In this document: positions 50,501-62,339 of the stretch, in pieces
How the letters are laid out: each line of letters starts with the position of its first letter
Numbering within the stretch: position 1 is the first letter of the stretch
From: Basidiobolus meristosporus CBS 931.73
Taxonomy: Eukaryota > Fungi > Basidiobolomycota
Assembly: GCA_002104905.1 (NCBI GenBank)
Contig: MCFE01000437.1
Span: 1 to 64,000, forward strand
Direction of reading: 5' to 3'
DNA: 64,000 nucleotides
The notes under the pieces: model-generated
Told to the model about the DNA's origin: nothing
What the model saw: the letters and a program-made list of their open reading frames with translations, nothing else
Databases searched by the model: none
Made by a program: the position numbers and the translations under genes

Positions 50501-52312
50501 TCATATTAGGGTAAAGCTGGAAGACATCCCTGAGACAGCATTTAGTACCAGATATAGATATTGCAAGTACTGAGTCATGAGTTTTGGCCACACCAATGCC
50601 TCTGCAACATTCATGACCTTAATTCAAACAGTCCTCCAGGAATACTTAGACAAGTTTGTGACAATCTACCTAGATGACATATCAATCAACAGCAAGACAG
50701 AAGAGGAGCACTTGGTGCACATTGAAAAGGTCTCAAAGAAGCTAAGAGAGAACAAGCTGTACAGCAAGCTAGTAAAGAGTGAATTCTTAAAGCAGCATGT
50801 TAAATACCTGGGGCACCTAGTGACTAGTATAGGAGTGACCTTAGACCCCAAGAAGGTTGAAGTCATCAAGAATCTGAAGCAGCCCCACAGCATATTGGAA
50901 ATCAGATCATCCCTTGGAATGGTTTTCTATTATTGGAGACTTGTCAAGTCCTTTGCACGTATTGCAGCTCTTTAACTGATATCCTCAAGAATGACAATAT
51001 CTACAAGTTAGACATAGCTTATGAGACTGCCTTCCAGACACTCAAGAATGAACTTGCTCAGCTGCCAAGCTTAAGAATACCTGACTTCAGAATGAGTTTA
51101 TTCTGTGAAGACTGATCATGCCCAACTCAAGTATATATTTACTCATAAGGTAGTATCAAGAAAAATGACATGATGCAGTGAATACATTCAGCAATTTGAC
51201 TTGGAGATTGTCTACTGCCCTGGGAGAAACAACATGGCTGCTGATGCCTTATTAGAACTAGAACAAGTTGCACAACTGAAAACCTGCCCTAATTGCCTTT
51301 GCAACCAAGGCTAACAGCAGAGAATTGCTGAGCTCTTTCCCTTCAAGCCTGTGAGACCATTTGAGGGATGGGTAATTGACTTTGTTGGAAGACTGTCAAC
51401 CACCAGGAAATTCAACCATTGGACTCTAGTAGCAATTGACCATGTCACTATATGGCCAGTGGCCAAAATGGTACCTGTAGCCAGTGAACAAGAAGCTGCA
51501 AGTTTCATATACCATGAGATCATCATGAAGTGTGGATGCCCTGTAGAGATTTTATCTAATAAAGTTGCAACTTTGTGGCAAAGATTTTGGAAGCTTACTT
51601 GGAAATGCAACAGATCAGACACTTGAATACCACAGCATATTACCTTAGAAGCAATGGAGTGACTTAGTAGTTTAATGGATTATTTTGAAAAATGCTGACT
51701 AAGCATGAAAATGGAGTTGTCAGTAAGTGGGATGAGTATATAGACCAAGCACTCTTTGCCTGCAGAGTAAGAGTGCAGAGTACCACTCAACAATTGCCAT
51801 TTTACTTTGTGTATGGATGTGAGCCAAGGATTCCAGGAGATCTCACACAACAAAGCTTACAATTGCCCTAGAAGATGAGATCAGTCAGCCAAGTAGACAC
51901 CAACAGCTGGAACAAAGATGTCAAGAGGCACAGGCAAAAGTATTGCAGAATGCAGCAAAGATGAAGCTGATATTTGATAGGACTTTATCACCAGAGGCAT
52001 TGATAGTTGGGAACTTTGTATTACAGTGAAAAAACACATGGAAGAAGTTTGAGCCACAATGATTAGGACCCTTCAAGATCATAAGATTAATGTCCATTTG
52101 TAACTTACCAACTTGTGGACAAGCAAGGCAATATTTTGGAAGACTTAGTTTATAATGACCAACTCAAGCTTGCAAGACTTGCTGACAATACTGAACCATC
52201 AGGATACTAGTATCAGAAGAAAAGAAAATCAGGGGAACACTTGTAACTTTAGTAGGGGAGAATGTTATGATCTGCTGTTTAAATGTTTGAGTAAGATCAG
52301 TTTTTAGTCAAA
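47513..52312 (+). mobile_element. Decayed Ty3/gypsy element with 5' LTR, PBS, gag-pol, PPT and truncated 3' LTR
   Basis: LTR 47513-47860 and PBS TTGGTAGCAGC at 47861. Zinc knuckle CFHCHQQGHIAKYC (~48670), protease IDSGA (48909), RT YLDDI (ORF 50577) and integrase RPFEGWVIDFVG..AID (ORF 51351). PPT AGTAGGGGAGAA at 52251, then LTR start TGTTATGATC at 52263. Confidence 0.88.
49632..50365. mobile_element. Foldback MITE copy 2 (734 bp), inserted in gypsy RT
   Basis: AGACTTGTTCC...GGAACAAGTCT with TSD AAT (49629-49631, 50366-50368). It splits the RT motif VKK.DEAL|..IDYRALN. Confidence 0.92.
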
Positions 52313-55300
52313 TGCTGTCTATTGTGTCCTGGAAAGCCAGTTATCCTGCTGATGGCTGGGATATCTCCAATGCAGATAATATTATGTGCTTGGATACAAC
52401 AGCCATTTACTTTTATCCCACTGCAGTGCATACATACCTCATCCAGCAATGGATACAGGTAGAGTACTTGCTTAATGAGAATGCATCAAATGCCAAGGCA
52501 ATGGCATGGTCATATATACCCTCAAAGTAGTCCTTGCTGCTTAGCCATTGGTGATGTTTGTCATCAAATATATCAGATATATTTGTGCTTGATTGATACT
52601 GAATGCAGTACTTTATAGCTTCACAATATTTGTTGGATGGCATTGGCTTCTTTAGACAGGGTATCACAGGAATATATCTGGAGTGTGAGCAATGTCTTCC
52701 CCAATAGTAGCAAATTCCTGACCAGTTGGACACCTAGCAATAGTGGCCTTTTTTAATGTGAATTCCATTCAGCTGCTAACATATCCTGATATTAGGATAG
52801 TCACTGGGTCATTTGTTGCCAGCCACATGACAGTTGTTCATTTATACCATTTACATGGTAAGTTGCATCATGGGATGATTTTGGCAAGAGGTGGTATTAA
52901 ATCTTCACAGCTCCCATTACTAATATTAATGGAAATGCACTACTTCTCTAGCCACAACATCACATCATTCACTGGTAGATGGATTACTGGGCTTACTTGA
53001 CTCTGTAAAGTATCCTTGGCATTTTTTTTGACAGGTGTAGTCTCATTGCATAATGGGATCTTAATAGGCTCATGTAGGGTACTGTTGTTTGGGAAGATTG
53101 AAGAACGGTTGGCCAACAGCTTCTTTGCCATTCAGTGCAACAAATAGGGCTCCATCCAAAAAGGCCCTGTGGACAATGTGCCCACTAAAGGTAATAATGC
53201 GGACTCCTGAGACTCTCAGTCAAGTAGGCAATTGGGAATCTCTGCAGAGACTCAGGCTGACCATAGTGTTTGAAAAATCTTAGACTTGGATTTCATCTGA
53301 TTTTTAGCTGGTATTATGCCAGTATTCTAATGATTTCTTACTGGTATTCAGCTGGTGTTTTAGGTCACAGATTACAAATGCAACTTTGGATAGAAGTAAT
53401 GGGCAGCTAATTACTAAATTCAGTATGGATGCTAGTTTGTCTAGTCTTCTCCCGGAGAGCCTGTTGGCTTGCCTGCCCATCAGCAACAAACAGGGATACT
53501 TGAGTTGTCAATTTTCAGAAACTTGAAATTCTGTTGGCACTATAATGGTATTTTGCAGGCCTTTTTGCAGTTTTTTTTTCTCAGAGATAATGCTAAGGCA
53601 GATGTGAATACAGCAAAAGGAGTACCTTCAGTTGACGACCAACAAGTGGCCAATCTAACATTGCCTGCACCAATATTAGTAAGTATGCTGTGAGCTTATG
53701 CCAAAGCATTACTGAGCCAAGAAGATGTAGTGGCTGAAAGGATAGATGCAATGGCCTAGATTAATCAGAAAATAGCCCAGAAACAAGGTGCATGGCTAGA
53801 TGCTCTAAAGTAATCAATGTCCCAGGTAGAGAAAGCAATATGTTTGCTGCAAAGAAGGAATTCAATTAGCTCAATGCCACAGCCAAGAATTGAGCCATAT
53901 CTCAATGTAACAGCGGAGGAATACCATACTGTCTTTGAAGCACAACAACAGTGCCCAAAGATAAAACCCACAGAAAAACCTATCACAGCATGGGAGGGCA
54001 AGAATGTAGTGCTTATACTAAAGCACAAGAAGTTAAAGAAATTGAAGATATGCAAAGCTGCTGAGTTCAATGATGAAGAGTGGGCTAACATTCAAGAGGC
54101 AGTAAGTAGTCTAGCACTCCAATACCTTAAGGCTGGCACACCATAGGATCATCAGGAGCTCAAGGCCAAGCAGAACATGCTTGACTTGCTCTATGTGCAT
54201 TATCCTGGACTCAAACAAGCAAACATATTTGAGGCCACCATTAGTATGCTAAGAAAGTATACTAATAATAGCAGAAGCTATTAAAGGCAGAAGGACAAGG
54301 GTACAATGGCTAAAAACCAGTGGATTCCTTGAGAGCTGTTACAAGCATGGCCAAAAGCTCCAAACAAGCATCAAAGAAACATCAGGTAGCTGAAAGAGTG
54401 TCAATAAGGGAAATGCAGGCGGACACAGATGCACCAGCTCAACATTTTTGCAGGAAAAAGCTTGGTTCAATTGAAGAAGCACTTGATCATAATAGCAGTG
54501 AAGGACCTGGTGGTGATATAAACAAGCAGCTACCATGGGAGCCCTTCACAGCATAGGCCAAAAGCTTGAAACAAGCAGAAATGAAGCATCAGGTTGCCAG
54601 CAAAGTGCCAGCAAGAGACAAGTAGGCCAATACACATGCATCTGAGCATCATTTATCATGGAGAGAACATATTTCAATACAAGAAAAACTCAGACAAAGT
54701 AGTCGTGAAAGAGCTGGCATTGATAAAGGGAAAGGGAAAAAAATCTACTTAGTCCAGAGACAGCAAAGCATGAAAAAAGCTGCAGTTTTTGTCAACCTTT
54801 GGTGTAGGTCAGGTACAGACTGAATCACATGATAGTTAAGCAGAATTACCAACAAGAAACAACTGTTTTCAGAACAGTTGGAGGTGCAGGTAGGTGTGCC
54901 ACACTCCAGTAAGGTAGATGGGCTTGTACAGAAAGATAGTTTGTCTACCACAGTCTCCATGTCCAGCATTGTTAACAGCATGGAGATCACACTGACAGAC
55001 ATGGCTACAATGTCAAGAATTCAAAAGACCATCACAATGCCTTCAGTGGAATTATATTCCAGCCAATGGCTTGTAGCTGGCAAACTTTGCAGCCAATTGC
55101 ATACTGACTTCTGTATGTTGTCTCTGTGGGAAGATGTTTTTATCAGTGTTGGTGTTTGGATATCAATAATGTATGTAAGTTATGGTTCAATCCCCTGAAT
55201 CTCACACATTTAACAGCAAATCTATCTATTATGCCCAGTAAAGCCAGCTGTCTTGTTGATGGCTGGGGTATCTCTAATGGAGATATCAATATGTGCATTG

Positions 55301-55980
55301 ATATGATGGTCACTCAGTGGTATCCTGCTGAAAAGCATACAAACTCATCCACACTTGATATAGGAAGTTGTCCAGGTTTGATGATAATTGAGGCCTAAAC
55401 ACCAATAAGACTACTATAAAATTTTTGCTCTGATATTGTAAGATAGGAGGCAGCTTAAGGTTGATGGGAATCAGTGTCAAGCAGGATTTGCTGGCAGAGT
55501 ACTTGTTTAATGAGAATACATCAAGTGCCAAGTCAAAAGCATCATCATACATACCTTCAAAGTAGCCCTTGCATCTTAGTTGTTGGTGATGTTTGCCATC
55601 AAATTATCAGAAATGTTTGTGCTTGATTGATACTGCATGCGGCACTTTTTAACTTCACAATATTTGTTGGACCTAATGAGTGTCTTTGGATGGTGTATTA
55701 CTGAGCATATATGAGTAAGAACAATGCTTTCCTCCTATTGTGGTGGATTCCTCACCAGTTTTGACACCTGAAAATGGTTGCTTTTTCTGATGTGAATGCC
55801 ATGCAACTGTTGGTACATGCTGGTATCAGTACAGTTTCTGGATCATATGATGTCAGCTGCTTGACAGTTGTCCATATTTATCCTGTCCATGAGAAGATGC
55901 ATATCAGAATGAACTTGGCAAGGAGTAGTAGTAAATCCTGAAAGCCCTTGTTACTGATAGTTGTGGAAACATGACATTTT
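52313..55980. mobile_element. Rearranged CMC remnant: Tnp2 N-terminus (-), ORF X (+), then a second Tnp2 N-half (-)
   Basis: ORFs 52413 and 52940 (Tnp2), 53817, 54320 and 54878 (ORF X, same motifs as 60148-60573), and 55310 (Tnp2 ALD..SLNKY...INLKLPP). Confidence 0.75.
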
Positions 55981-55989
55981 TCTACCTAT

Positions 55990-56806
55990 AACTTCACATT
56001 ATTGACCAGCAGATGTATACCAGAGCAAAGAAGCTGATCAGGTCCCAGGATTTGCCATTTGAGGAATATTCAAAATTTTACCAAAAACAGCATCAGATGA
56101 TGACAGAAACTCAGTATCAACTCCACCAATAGTCAGGATTGAACTGGTGCAAAACAATGAGAGCATTTTCACTCTAGTAGACCCACAACTGTAATTCAGC
56201 CTAAATCAGTACAGGGAATATCCCAGAAGTGATCTCTCCAGTATCAAATGCCAGGAGATTCAACTAGGCAAGAAATAGCCCCAATTACTATATCAATGAG
56301 GGTACAAACTATGCCTATGCCTAATCAGCTCACATGGATGAGCTGCAGACTGTAAAAGAGGCCCTAAATAGCCCTCAGACAAAGTTTGGACATCTGCAAT
56401 GTCTGAGGAATATCAGGTCCAGATTGAAAATCAAACTTGGGATTTGGTCATATTACCAATCAACCAAAAATCAACTGCATGCAGATGGGTCTTTCAGACA
56501 AAATATAAGGCTGATGGTTCAATAGAAAGATACAAAGCATGACTTGTGGCCAAAGGATACTGTCAAGCAAAAGGACTTGACTATACTGAGATCTTTGCAC
56601 CAGTAGCCCAGTTTAATTCCATCAGATTAATATTGGCTATTTTAGCCAAATATAAGTTTTTTATACATCAAGTGATGTAAAAGCTGTATTTTTGAATAGA
56701 TAACTTGATGAAGACATGTATATGGACCATCCTGATGGGTTTGTTAATCAAGATAACTCCCATCTATTCTTCAAGCTTAAATAACTCTATATGGTCTCAA
56801 ACAATC
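55990..56806 (+). mobile_element. Copia RT remnant (diverged subfamily), truncated by a CMC terminus
   Basis: Reads through frameshifts as IENQTWDL...ADGSIERYKA*LVAKGY...[10 protein letters not shown]...MDHPDGF...LYGLKQSP. Confidence 0.75.
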
Positions 56807-58828
56807 CCCTATAAAAATAATTTGGTCCTGCAAGTGGATACAATCCAGATCAGCTGTCAGTACCTTGTTTGGAGACCATCATAATATCAGCAGCTTGGAA
56901 TTATTGGCCCTCTTAATGATCTTATGATGGGATCATGATGGCATTTGGCTACTTTACTGCCAAATAAAGCTATAAAACTTGAAAAGGTTTGATCAGTGCT
57001 GTGGCAATAATTGCATGACATTGTTGCAGTCTTAATGCACTCTGCAGCAATTTTAAATGGATCTAACTGGCCAGTACATCCAATTGCCTTATATGACAAA
57101 AAACTTGACAGTGCTTTGGCAGCCTCATTGCAAGTCTCCAATAGTAGTATCCTGGCAGTATTGAGGCCTACAGCTAGTTCTGTATAATGTTTCCATACCA
57201 ATTTACCAAATGGTATTTCCTTTTTCTACCTGCCCTTGTGCAATACATGATTCCACTGTAGAATCACCCCTCTTTATTTTTATTATATTCACATACAGGT
57301 CAAATCAACAAACACTATGGCCTCCTGCTTACTAACCTCTACCAATGCACACACCCAGCACAATTGACATACTTTTGTCACCTCAACTTTATGGCGTTTC
57401 AGTGTAATACTTGCAAAGTTGCCATATGTCTTGTATTGCTGGTAACCTATACATCTTGCAAACATATACTAGGTTGCTGCCACTTCTGCCATGAATGCCT
57501 CCTGAATATCTGCAAAGAACCTTTTGGTATTTAGCTAATATATTCCTTTGCCCTACTAGATTTTAGTCCTCCTTATACGTGTGCTCTGACTCTTGTTTGA
57601 ATGAATTCTGTATTGAATGGTGCAGTAGTTGGCTTGTGACCAAGAGAAACCCAGCATACTTTGGCTGAGCTTTTCTGTTCAAATTAGTTGCTTGTTGCAC
57701 CCAACCCTACTTTGCATTACTTGGCTGATTACCCACACATTGGGGCTGCTTGGCATCTTGATCCTGGAAGCATTAGACTTGTTCCGTTGGATAGTGCCAC
57801 ATTGAGCCATGAGTGCCAAATAGTGCCATTGCATGCCAGAGAGGCATAGTAGACCTAAACTGGGCCCCAGAGTGTGAAACATAGCTCTGCATCTTCATGC
57901 AAAGCAGCCCCTGTGTTTCACCCCTTGTGCTGGAGAAAATCCATTTTTTGACCTTTTTTTTAGGATCAATGTTGTGCATGATGTGAAGAGGACAGAAGGA
58001 CTGAAGACATGCATCTGGTACTCAATACCCATGGCACTCTGGATCTAGCTCCTGTAGAGTATATCATGTCACAAAAATGAATGGCACTATCTTGGTCCAC
58101 TGATACTATATGGCACTATAAGTGCTTTGTATAGGTCTTACTTTAGGGCTAATATTTAAATATAGTGCCAGATAGTGCCAGTGGACCAAGATAGTGCCAT
58201 TCATTTTTGTGACATGATATATGCTACAGGAGCTAGATTCAGAGTGCCATGGGTATTGAGTACCAGAAGCATGTCTTCAGTCCTTCTGTCCACTTACACA
58301 TCATGCACAACATTGATCCAAAAAAAAAGGTCAAAAAATGGATTTTCTCCAACACAATGGGTGAAATACAGGGGCTGCTTTGCATGAAGATGAAGAGCTA
58401 TGTTTCACACTTTGTGGCCAAGTTTAGGCTCACTTGGCCTCCCAGGCACACTATGGCATCATTTGGCCCTCATGGCTCAATGTGGCACTATCCAACAGAA
58501 CAAATCTATTGGTGTCTCCATGTGCACATCTATCCTCAGTATTTTCCAGTTCTTTCTGGCTGTCCTCCAAGTACCAACTATCACATCTATCACAGACTTG
58601 AAGGTAATATTCCTGATGAGATTAGGATGCAGTAGAACCTGCAACTTGACTTGTCTTTCTATCCCCCACACATCTGCTCTATAGGAAACTCCAAAAAGGT
58701 GAAGCAAGGCCCAATATTCTCCACGCACCAGGCAAGATGGAGTGGAGAATTGATACAGTAGTGGCAGAGATCTATGTGTTCAGCTTTATGTTTGTAGTGT
58801 AGCCACTCAAATCCCATTGGGCCTAAAA
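56807..58828 (-). mobile_element. CMC element, 3' portion with terminus, carrying a MITE and cut by the next CMC copy
   Basis: Terminus CCCTATAAAAATAATTTGGTCC at 56807; colinear with the reverse complement of 7600-8880. Confidence 0.85.
57775..58507. mobile_element. Foldback MITE copy 3 (733 bp)
   Basis: AGACTTGTTCC...GAACAAATCT with TSD ATT (57772-57774, 58508-58510). The empty-site length matches gcataggtgtctcc at ~4908-4921. Confidence 0.92.
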
Positions 58829-59082
58829 CCCTATGAAAAACTATTGTAATGATCCTGCCAAAAGGCTGTGACAAAGCTGAAGTCCCATGACTAAGAGGTA
58901 CTGATCCTATCAGGGCACTGTGCAGTGACCATTGAAAAATAATTGTACCCCAGATATTGCAAAAAAACATAGTCAAAGTTCTTCATCAAACAATATACAA
59001 GTGGCTTTTAATTGGTTCCCTGCCATTTCACTCACTTTCTGACCCTGGACACTTTATCAGCTCCTACATTTGTGTGCATTGA

Positions 59083-61902
59083 TTGGCTATTGCTTCTTTT
59101 TCACACTCCTTACTTTTTATGCATACAAATTGCTCTATTTCCATTGAAACTTCAGTTGTACCTCAATTGCCAATTGTATTGACCTATACAGTCCCTATAC
59201 CTTACACCAACATTAAGCCCAACCCCACACTTAATAAGTATTTCTGCTGTAATGCTCTGGTTCCACAACTTTGGTGGGAACCTAACAGCTTTATGCCACT
59301 GCTCATTCACTGGTTCCCATATGTCCTGGTCTTCAGCCGGCACTGCAAGGTCTAGCACCTCATCTGCCAGTCTTTGCAACAAATCCTTGCAATATTCAAG
59401 TGTGTTTTCTTGAGCACTGCTCTTGAAGAAGTGTTGCATCCCCATGGTGAGCCTGTTAATGTTCCAAAATTCCACTGAAGGCATTGTAATATTGCTTCAA
59501 GTTCTTAACATTGTAGCCTTGCTTGTCAGTGGGAACTGTACTCTGTCAACAATGGAGGAGATGGAGGCTGTAGTAGGTAAATTGCCTTTCCCTGCAAACT
59601 CATCTGCCTTACTGGAGTGTAGCACAACTGGCTGCACTTTCAACTCTTGTGAAAACTGATGTTTTCTTGTTGGTAATTCTTCTTAGCTATGATGAGATTC
59701 AGTCTGTTCCAGGCTTGTGGCATTAATTGGCAAGAGCTACATTTTTTTTCATGCCTCCCTGTCTCAGCCATGGGTAGACATTTTTCCCTTTACTGTTTCC
59801 TTTATCACTGCCAGGTCTTCTACTCCTACATTGTCTGAGTACTTCTTGTAATGAACTATATTTTCTCCTTGAGAAATTCTGCACTGACACATCTGTTTTG
59901 GCCTGCTTGCCCCTTGCTGGCACTCACCTGGCAACCTGAAGTTTCTTTTTACTTGTTTCAAGCTCTCTGCTGTAGTTGTGATGGGCCCCTGTAAAAGCCA
60001 CTAGTTTTTATCACTGCCAGGTCCTTCACTGCTACTTTGACTGAGTGCTTCTTTAGTGGTGCTATGCTTTTTCCTTGATAATTGCTGTGCTGGTGCATCC
60101 ACGTCTGCCTGCTTGTCCCTGATTGGCACTTTTCCAGCTACCTGAAGTCACTCTGACACTTGTCTGGAGCTTTTGGCCCTGCTTGTAACAGGCTCTAGAG
60201 GATGCTGGTTTTTAGCCATGGTACCCTTGTTCTTCTGCCATTGATAGTTTCTGCTATTCTTAAGATACTTTCTTAGCATACCAATGCTGGCCCAAAATCT
60301 GTTTGTCCATTTGAATCCAGGAAAATGCTCATGGAACAAGTCAAGTGCATTTGGCTTGGCTTTGAGTTCCTGATGGTCCCATGCTATGCCAGCCTTGTGG
60401 CAATAGTGTGCTAGACTTCTGATGGCCTCTTGACAATTAGCCCACTCTTCATTATTGCACTCAATGGCTAGATGAATCTTCAATGTCTTTTGATTTTTAG
60501 GCTCTAGATTAAACACCACATTGTCTCTCTCCCATGCTGCAATAGGTTTTTCTGTGGACTTATCATTGGGCACTGTTGTTGTGCTTCTAAGACTGTATAG
60601 TGTTCCTTTGATGTTACATTGGGAAATGGCTCAATTCTTGGCTGTGATGTTGAGCTACTTGAGGTCCTTCTTTACATCAAAGATACTGCTTTGTCTACCC
60701 AGGATATTGATTACTCTATATATATTATCCCCTCATCCTGCTACTGGACTATTTCCTGGTTTCTCTTGGCCATCGCATCTATCCTATCAGCCACTGCACC
60801 TAATTGCTTCATTAATACATCAGTATGAGCTGACGGTATACTTGCTAATAAGGGTGGTGGTGATGTTATGACAGCTACTAGACTTGTTCCGTTGGATAGT
60901 GCCACATTGAGCCATGAGTGCCAAATAATGCCATAGTGTGCCAGAGAGGTAAAGTGAGCCTATACTTGACCACAGAGTGTGAAACATAGCGCTGCATCTT
61001 CATGTAAAGCAGCCCCTGTGTTTCACCCATTGCGCAGGAGAAAATCCATTTTTTTACCTTTTTTTGTGGATCAATGTAGCTCAGGATGTGTAAGAGCACA
61101 GGAGAACTGAAGATATGCATCTGGTACTCAATACCCATGGCACTCTGAATCTAGCTCCTGTAGCTTGTATCATGTCACAAAAATGAATGGCACTATCTTG
61201 GTCCACTGGTACCATATGGCACTATAAGTGCTTTGTATAGATCTTACTTTAGGGCTAATATTTAAATATAGTGCCAGATAGTACCAGTGGACCAAGATAG
61301 TGCCATTCATTTTAGTGACATGATACAAGCTACAGGAGCTAGATTCAGAGTGCCGTGGGTATTGAGTACCAGATGCATATCTTCAATCTGCTTGTGCTCT
61401 AACACATCCTGCACAACATTGATCCAAAAAAAAAGGGCAAAAAATGGATTTTCCCCAGCACAATGGGTGAAGCACAGGGGCTGCTTTGCATGAAGATGCA
61501 GAGCTATGTTTCACACTCTGTGGCCAAGTATAGGCTCACTTGGCCTCTCTGGCACACTATGGCATCATTTGGCACTCATGGCTCAATGTGGCACTATCCA
61601 ATGGAACAAGTCTACTTACTGGTCTTCAAATGAAGGCACTGCATTTGCTACATTCTCATCTGCCTGAGCATAACAGTCAGCTTGCAGCTCTGCAGAGGTT
61701 CTTAATTGCCTATCTTACTGAGCATCTGAGGAGTCTGCATTATTACCTTTAGTGGGCACACTGTTAAGATGCCCTTTTTTAGATGTAGCCCTGCTTGTTG
61801 CACTGAATTTAAAGCAAGCTGTTGTCCAACCATACTTCTGTTGCTGTCAGGAGTGGGGCTTGGTTGGGAACCAGACAACTTTGCTTTATTTTTTGGAGGC
61901 AT
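59083..61902 (-). pseudogene. CMC accessory ORF X (best-preserved copy), split by MITE copy 4
   Basis: Fragments 61702-61902 (MPPKNKAK...), 60148-60573 (EEWANCQEAIRSLA...IAWDHQELK..DLFHEHFPGFKW..FWASIGMLRKYLKNSR), 59723-59923 and 59152-59484. Confidence 0.72.
60880..61613. mobile_element. Foldback MITE copy 4 (734 bp)
   Basis: Arms 60880-61226 and 61267-61613 (347 bp each) with loop 61227-61266. TSD ACT (60877-60879, 61614-61616); the empty site gctact is present at ~11862. Confidence 0.93.
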
Positions 61903-62339
61903 TTATATGGAAGTGAGTCAAGCCAAAGGAGAAATGGTGCTACATATATGTGTGAATGTGGTGCCACAACTTTGTTTATAATGCTTACTATGGTGGGTCA
62001 TCATTGAATCTTACATTTTGTAGGTGCAATGTCTCAAATACAAGACTGTCTTAAATTCATATGAGCATTGACAAAAGGTTTATAATTGTGCTATATTTTT
62101 GAAGGTCATACTGTTTGACCCATGGACAAGACTACCTTGATTCAATGCTGTAAGACAAGAGAAAACAGACCATGTAGCTGTTGTAGCAAGCCTCTCAGCC
62201 ATTAAGCATGCAGACAGCATACAAAGTATTACAAGGATCACAGCCAATGTTTTGCCACATAAGTCATATTTGACCATTCATCAGTCACTAATGTACCAAC
62301 ATTATCTTGCTGGCCAGTTGATACTTTTATATTGGCACC

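Noticed and set aside
57773-58635. Recurrent ORFs such as MHNIDPKKKVKKWIFS... (also 26144, 50161, 60878, 61287)
   Set aside because: They lie inside the palindromic MITE, appear on both strands as mirror images, and differ in start and stop between copies, so they are not genes.
60896-61300. CRISPR-like array from the repeated ATAGTGCCA units
   Set aside because: The repeats are 9 nt, irregularly spaced and in both orientations, with no spacer periodicity and no cas genes, in a eukaryotic context.
13273-61613. Reading the MITE/PHIS ends as GACTTG...CAAGTC with a TA duplication (Tc1/mariner-like)
   Set aside because: Empty-site comparisons fit AGAC...GTCT plus a 3-bp ANT duplication, and the encoded transposase has DDE_Tnp_4 motifs rather than a mariner DD34D/E domain.
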